A model generated the notes under the pieces. The model saw nothing but the letters and a program-made list of their open reading frames with translations. It was not told where the DNA came from and did no database searches. From Escherichia phage vB_EcoS_P1338: a stretch of DNA of 41,129 bases. The DNA lies in sequence record PP882707.1. The stretch is one strand, 5' to 3'. This document shows positions 37,388 to 41,129 of the stretch, piece after piece. Positions within the stretch are counted from its first letter, which is position 1. Each line of letters starts with the position of its first letter. The position numbers and the translations under genes are program-made.

Positions 37388-38491
37388 TCAGCCCATAAGA
37401 TGTGCGTCAATCAGTTTGTCAATCATCAGTGGTGCGCCAGCTTGGATAGCCAGACCGTCAGCCACTTGCCACTTGAAGCCGTTCACTTGGTCAACCTTGC
37501 GTACCGTTGCGTTGCCATTGCGAAGCCGGAAGTCATGCCGAACCGACCCCATGAGTATCTCAGCGCGGCGCTCATTTCTTTCGATTGCACCACGTTCCCT
37601 ACGGATTGCCATAAAGTGTAAGCGGTCACGTTTAGCCACACGTTCGGCGTGTTTACGGTTACGCTTGCGGCGCTTCATGTTGGCCTTGCGGTTGATGCGG
37701 AACGTGCCGTTCAGGTCACGCCTTGCCTTACGGTTGCGACACCGTTCAATGATGCGCTCGTTAGCTATCGCCTCGACCTCGGCAATCAGTGCATCAGGGT
37801 CTAAAGGGAAACCGTCCTCACGTTCACTGTCATGGGAGAAACTAACCGGGTCAGTGATGTACGGGACATCGTTGTCATCGAACATAATGTTCCCGTTGTG
37901 CATGTCGAAAGATGCAATGCCGTGGAAGAACTCACGAATCATCTTGCATGTCTCGATGAACTCCCTGCTAACGAACTCTTCGTACCAATCAGCATCACTG
38001 CCATAGCACTCTATGAACTCCTGTGCAGCACTCGCATATTTTGCGTGAGTGTCATTAGCGTATCGGTCGCAACTGTTCAAATGGTCCAATACAACCGTAT
38101 AGCAACCCGCATGACGTGCTACGTGATAGACGTTAGGGATACCCGCTCGGCCTTGATGCATCCTACAGAATGCAGTGTATGCAGCGCCTGAATCCTCTTT
38201 CTTAAAGCCAACCTTAATGACTCGACCCGGTAACATTTCGTGCGAGTAGGCCGCGCTGAAGTGACCATTGCCTAACATGCGGAAACCTGCATCGCACATC
38301 AGTGCACCCAATGTGTGCCACCAGTCTTGATACTCCAAGCCATTTGAGCCATCAGTATCGTTGCCATCGCTTGTCTCACCGTTCACGATGTCAGCAGCCA
38401 GTGCAACCAGAAGAGTCTGGCGCTTGTCCAGTTCGCTAATCGGGAGTGACTTGATGATTGCCAGACGTGCCTGAATGTCGGTGTAGTTCAT
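37388..38491 (-). CDS. gp0.7: serine/threonine protein kinase / host transcription shutoff protein
   Basis: 367 aa; HQDWWHTLGALMCDAGFRMLGNGHFSAAYSH...VIKVGFKKEDSGAAYTAFCRM...IASFDMHNGNIMF...VPYITDPVSFS matches T7 gp0.7 by recollection. Confidence 0.9.
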   Translation of the reverse strand: MNYTDIQARLAIIKSLPISELDKRQTLLVALAADIVNGETSDGNDTDGSNGLEYQDWWHTLGALMCDAGFRMLGNGHFSAAYSHEMLPGRVIKVGFKKEDSGAAYTAFCRMHQGRAGIPNVYHVARHAGCYTVVLDHLNSCDRYANDTHAKYASAAQEFIECYGSDADWYEEFVSREFIETCKMIREFFHGIASFDMHNGNIMFDDNDVPYITDPVSFSHDSEREDGFPLDPDALIAEVEAIANERIIERCRNRKARRDLNGTFRINRKANMKRRKRNRKHAERVAKRDRLHFMAIRRERGAIERNERRAEILMGSVRHDFRLRNGNATVRKVDQVNGFKWQVADGLAIQAGAPLMIDKLIDAHLMG

Positions 38492-38525
38492 TAGATTGTG
38501 TCCTATTTAGTTAAACTTTAAGAGA
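38476..38525 (-). repeat. copy 1 of a repeated translation-initiation cassette (leader + ATG + first codons) heading gene 0.7
   Basis: core cattagattgtgtcctatttagtt shared with 38769..38792 and 38951..38974; extended ~50-nt match to the copy at 38938..38992 including codons MNYTD. Confidence 0.8.
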
Positions 38526-38570
38526 TAGAGAGAAGAGTGTTAATGTGGTTAACTTCAATAATCTTGATTT

Positions 38571-38771
38571 TCACCTTACAATCTCTGCGTCCAATACTGA
38601 TACTCTAACTAATATCCCAGCGCCATTTTTAACTATGAATCCGTCTGAATTTGGCGCTATTTCAAAAACAAAATATTCTTCACCTGATTTAAGTAAGTAT
38701 TCATCAATATCAATTCTAGGTTTATTATTTCTTGGTTTGAATTTAATAAATAGCGGTCGTTCGTTAATCAT
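38571..38771 (-). CDS. hypothetical 66-aa protein, strongly AT-rich gene headed by cassette copy 2
   Basis: MINERPLFIKFKPRNNKPRIDIDEYLLKSGEEYFVFEIAPNSDGFIVKNGAGILVRVSVLDAEIVR; about 32 percent G+C by hand count against roughly 50 percent for the flanking genes. Confidence 0.55.
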   Translation of the reverse strand: MINERPLFIKFKPRNNKPRIDIDEYLLKSGEEYFVFEIAPNSDGFIVKNGAGILVRVSVLDAEIVR

Positions 38772-38800
38772 TAGATTGTGTCCTATTTAGTTTAAGAAAG
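38769..38800 (-). repeat. copy 2 of the repeated translation-initiation cassette
   Basis: cattagattgtgtcctatttagtt followed by a divergent leader. Confidence 0.8.
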
Positions 38801-38953
38801 AGAATTGAGGATTAAACGCGCTTCTTTACATGCCTTTGCTACCTTTCTGGCGGGTATCCTCTTCAGGTGCAATGCCTTCATTAGAGTCTCGTTGGTAGCA
38901 CCATATGCCAGTGTGTACAGAACTTTCTTAGTTAAACTATCGGTGTAGTTCAT
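38792..38953 (-). CDS. hypothetical 53-aa protein headed by cassette copy 3, sharing the MNYTD start of gp0.7
   Basis: hand-derived ORF MNYTDSLTKKVLYTLAYGATNETLMKALHLKRIPARKVAKACKEARLILNSLS; first 15 coding nt identical to gene 0.7. Confidence 0.4.
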   Translation of the reverse strand: MNYTDSLTKKVLYTLAYGATNETLMKALHLKRIPARKVAKACKEARLILNSLS

Positions 38954-38992
38954 TAGATTGTGTCCTATTTAGTTAGTTAAACTTTAAGAGAG
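38938..38992 (-). repeat. copy 3 of the repeated translation-initiation cassette
   Basis: gtgtagttcattagattgtgtcctatttagttagttaaactttaagagag; differs from copy 1 by a 4-nt insertion. Confidence 0.8.
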
Positions 38993-39247
38993 AGCGTTCA
39001 ATGTATTGGTTAATGCTTGCTCGAGTGCTGCGAGCTTCTGCGCTTTTAGCTTGGCCTTTCGTCTATGCCATGCAGCCCGCTCCTGTTCCTTGCGCCTTTC
39101 TAGGTTGTTCTCGCGCCAAGTTCTCACGATACGCCTATTTGCTGCATTGAGTGTGCCATTAGACCTATAGCCTTTCTTCAGCGCTTTATTCTGCGCCCCT
39201 GCGTCCAGAGCGTGTACCAAGTTTGCGGCGTTAATGTGTTGCAACAT
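38984..39247 (-). CDS. hypothetical basic, Ala/Lys/Arg-rich early protein
   Basis: track ORF 38984..39256 (GTG) trimmed to the first ATG; GGTAGGTG Shine-Dalgarno-like; 87 aa. Confidence 0.5.
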   Translation of the reverse strand: MLQHINAANLVHALDAGAQNKALKKGYRSNGTLNAANRRIVRTWRENNLERRKEQERAAWHRRKAKLKAQKLAALEQALTNTLNALS

Positions 39248-39428
39248 AGAAGACACCTACCTTGTTAGCCTTAAAGCGCCCGTTGCGTTCACGGACTGTG
39301 AATCGTGGTAGAAAGCCATACTTCAGGTGCGAGAAGTTAGCCTTGTGTACCTTGAGACCCTTTGTGAAGTCCTTCAGGAAGTACAGCGTGATTAGAGTGT
39401 AAACGAGTGCGACAAATACGTATAACAT
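39231..39428 (-). CDS. hypothetical 65-aa early protein with N-terminal transmembrane helix
   Basis: ATG preceded by AAGGTG; MLYVFVALVYTLITLYFL hydrophobic start; overlaps neighbouring ORFs in other frames. Confidence 0.45.
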   Translation of the reverse strand: MLYVFVALVYTLITLYFLKDFTKGLKVHKANFSHLKYGFLPRFTVRERNGRFKANKVGVFYVATH

Positions 39429-39564
39429 GTGGTGTCACCTTATAGAGTGCAAAGAGAGTTATTAATAGTGCGACGATGCCTAAGTTTGTGATGCCTGTGA
39501 TGTGCTTAGAGCCGCCTGTTACCTGCCATCCTGTGAAGAACCATCCAGACCAGTTAGTGAACAT
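39337..39564 (-). CDS. hypothetical 75-aa early protein with a central hydrophobic segment
   Basis: ATG inside the gene 0.4 3' end with GAGGA 9 nt upstream; ITNLGIVALLITLFALY hydrophobic stretch; 3' third overlaps the next ORF. Confidence 0.45.
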   Translation of the reverse strand: MFTNWSGWFFTGWQVTGGSKHITGITNLGIVALLITLFALYKVTPHVIRICRTRLHSNHAVLPEGLHKGSQGTQG

Positions 39565-39727
39565 TTAGTTTGTCCTCATCATTGTCAAGTGCAATTGCTT
39601 TGTTGTTGTCGTACAGTTCTTTTAGCTGGGCCATTGCGAGTCCCCAATCGAACCCGCAACGCACCATGTCACTATAGAACAATACAGTTTGAGCGGTCAG
39701 ACCGTATTGCGTGGTGTTGTTAGCCAT
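39554..39727 (-). CDS. gp0.4: gp0.4-like small protein (FtsZ inhibitor in T7)
   Basis: 57-aa ORF found by hand (under the track's 60-aa cut-off): [47 protein letters not shown]..., close to remembered T7 gp0.4; ATG overlaps the Ocr stop (TAATG). Confidence 0.75.
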   Translation of the reverse strand: MANNTTQYGLTAQTVLFYSDMVRCGFDWGLAMAQLKELYDNNKAIALDNDEDKLNVH

Positions 39728-40080
39728 TACTCTCCATCCTCCTCGTACTCTTCGACTTCCTCAAGATACTCGTTCAGTAAGTCTTCTGCGTCCTCCCAAA
39801 TGTCGATTGTGAGTTGCTCATAGATACGCGCTTGCAGGATACGGATAACGTCTTTGGTGTCCGGCATCAGACCAGAGTCTTCGAACTCAAGGTCAATGCC
39901 TTCGCTTGCCATTACACTGAAAATGTCGCTGTAGTAGTGCGGAACAGCATTATCAGCCACCATATGCACTGCATCGTGCAGGTCATCAGCGTCACGAATG
40001 TCATCATAACGGATGTTTTCTTTCAGCATTTCGTAAGCGTGGTCGAAAACGTTGTGATAAGTCATGTTAGACATAGCCAT
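39727..40080 (-). CDS. gp0.3: Ocr, DNA-mimic anti-restriction protein (inhibits type I R-M; also BREX in T7)
   Basis: 117 aa, same length as T7 Ocr and near-identical by recollection (MAMSNMTY...[44 protein letters not shown]). Confidence 0.95.
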   Translation of the reverse strand: MAMSNMTYHNVFDHAYEMLKENIRYDDIRDADDLHDAVHMVADNAVPHYYSDIFSVMASEGIDLEFEDSGLMPDTKDVIRILQARIYEQLTIDIWEDAEDLLNEYLEEVEEYEEDGE

Positions 40081-40104
40081 TGTGTGTTACCTCATTGTGT
40101 GTGA

Positions 40105-40160
40105 TTAGTAGTGAATATCATAAAGGGCACCTTGCGATACCCTTGAGTTATCCGCTACGT
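40105..40160 (-). promoter_or_regulatory. RNase III processing site upstream of gene 0.3 (R0.3-like)
   Basis: minus strand TAGCGGATAACTCAAGGGTATCGCAAGGTGCCCTTTATGATATTCACTA matches the remembered T7 R0.3 region almost base for base. Confidence 0.7.
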
Positions 40161-40426
40161 GTGTACACTCAGTTACCGTGTCAACGATGTCGCCACACTC
40201 TACCATAACAACCATTCTTATGGTCTAAGGAATTACGGCGGGTTTTGTATGTCAGTTTTACTTTCATGGTAGTTCCTATTTTGTAGGTTTGCCTTACAGA
40301 CTACTTTGATTTGTTTACCGTGTCTGCATACTCCAGTAAACGGTGCTATCCGTAGCGAGTATCCGGCAGGTTTCGCAGTTCCTATCCGTTCTCTCTTTTT
40401 GCTGACTCGTTGTCAGCTTGTGGTAC

Positions 40427-40455
40427 ATCGTACCGTGTTTACTGCATGTTGTCAA
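40427..40455 (-). promoter_or_regulatory. host sigma70 early promoter A3
   Basis: minus strand TTGACA-17 nt-TACGAT within GGTTGACAACATGCAGTAAACACGGTACGATGTACC, near-identical to remembered T7 A3. Confidence 0.8.
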
Positions 40456-40551
40456 CCATCTTGTTTCGCTTTGTGTGCCGTGGTGCGCTTAAGTCACCTA
40501 GAAGACACCGTGCTCCAGTGTTGACGTTACTAGTGTTACCTAGCGTTGTGT

Positions 40552-40581
40552 ATCTTACTACATGTTACTTCGTGTTGTCAA
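40552..40581 (-). promoter_or_regulatory. host sigma70 early promoter A2
   Basis: minus strand AAAAACAGGCATTGACAACACGAAGTAACATGTAGTAAGAT, -35 TTGACA and -10 TAAGAT as in remembered T7 A2. Confidence 0.8.
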
Positions 40582-40678
40582 TGCCTGTTTTTCGTATGAC
40601 TTATCAGGCTGTCTACTTGACCACTTGACTAGTGGCATCTCAGCTATCCGGTGTTACCGTGTCGCCTTGATGTGATGA

Positions 40679-40706
40679 ATAATACACTATCTAATCTTAG
40701 AGTCAA
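40679..40706 (-). promoter_or_regulatory. host sigma70 early promoter A1
   Basis: minus strand TTGACT-16 nt-TATTAT. Confidence 0.65.
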
Positions 40707-40791
40707 TACTTAAAGTAACAAATAGTCGTCTTTAAGTAGTCTTTAAGTTATCCCTATAAGGAAGGGAATAGTAATAAGACTATAAACAACC

Positions 40792-40814
40792 ATTCCCAAT
40801 AGTGAGTCGCATTA
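40792..40814 (-). promoter_or_regulatory. T7-type promoter at the phage left end (phiOL-like)
   Basis: minus strand TAATGCGACTCACTATTGGGAAT. Confidence 0.7.
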
Positions 40815-40839
40815 GCTGTATGGTCTTTAAGGCTGGTCT

Positions 40840-41129
40840 AATAGTGGTAACGATAGGTGTCTATAGACTGAAGGCACCGACTGAAGGTTAACATAAGGAG
40901 AGGCAGCCATAAGGATAGACATAAGGTTAGCGTAGCTAATAAGAGGTGACATAAGGTGTTAACTCTAAGAGGAAACATAAGGTGATTACAGATAGGGACA
41001 CAGAGAGGACTACATATAGTGGTCATAATGTCCCCCCACACACCATATCTAGTGGTAACACCCAAAGTTAACCCAATGTCTCACATAAGGTTAGCGGAGC
41101 TAACAAGGATTGACATTAAGTGAACCATA
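40840..41129. repeat. array of short direct repeats (ACATAAGG units) at the phage left end, including a block resembling the T7 left terminal region
   Basis: acataagg recurs at least six times; minus-strand GGGTGTTACC...CTCTCTGTGTCCCTATCTGT matches remembered T7 left-end sequence. Confidence 0.45.

Noticed and set aside
38476-38992. Possible CRISPR array formed by the three early-region repeats
   Set aside because: Only three copies, irregular spacing of ~180-280 bp, each copy contains an RBS and start codon and is followed by an ORF; there are no cas genes.

Overview
The window is an essentially complete genome (~41.1 kb) of a T7-like podophage (Autographiviridae, T7 supergroup), given as the reverse complement of the conventional map. 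Every credible gene is on the minus strand: the early region (host sigma70 promoters A1-A3, Ocr/gp0.3, gp0.4, gp0.7 kinase, RNA polymerase) sits at the high-coordinate end and the packaging genes (gp18, gp19) at the low-coordinate end. Gene order follows T7 almost gene for gene: RNAP, ligase, gp2, SSB, endonuclease I, lysozyme, primase/helicase, DNA polymerase, exonuclease, portal, scaffold, capsid, tail tube A/B, internal virion proteins gp13-16, tail fiber, holin, small terminase, spanins, large terminase. I count 15 T7-type promoters (local consensus TAATACGACTCACTATTGGGA, -1 T rather than the A recalled for T7), a Tphi-like and a TE-like terminator, and several RNase III-type hairpins. Departures from T7 worth attention: (1) the major capsid gene is split into two ORFs by a -1 frameshift at an A5 run; (2) the early region between gp0.4 and gp0.7 carries five small ORFs, three of them headed by copies of the same 25-50 nt translation-initiation cassette, one of which is strongly AT-rich and looks horizontally acquired (candidate host-takeover or anti-defence locus); (3) three HNH endonuclease genes; (4) a tail fiber with a T7-like N-terminal anchor fused to a beta-helix depolymerase-type domain and a C-terminal self-cleaving chaperone-like domain; (5) an extra 58-aa gene translationally coupled to SSB. 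No tRNA, rRNA, CRISPR array or integrase was recognised. All homology statements are from reading the translations against remembered T7 proteins, not from a search. Coordinates taken from the ORF track are exact; hand-derived coordinates (regulatory sites, refined starts, small ORFs) may be off by 1-2 nt.
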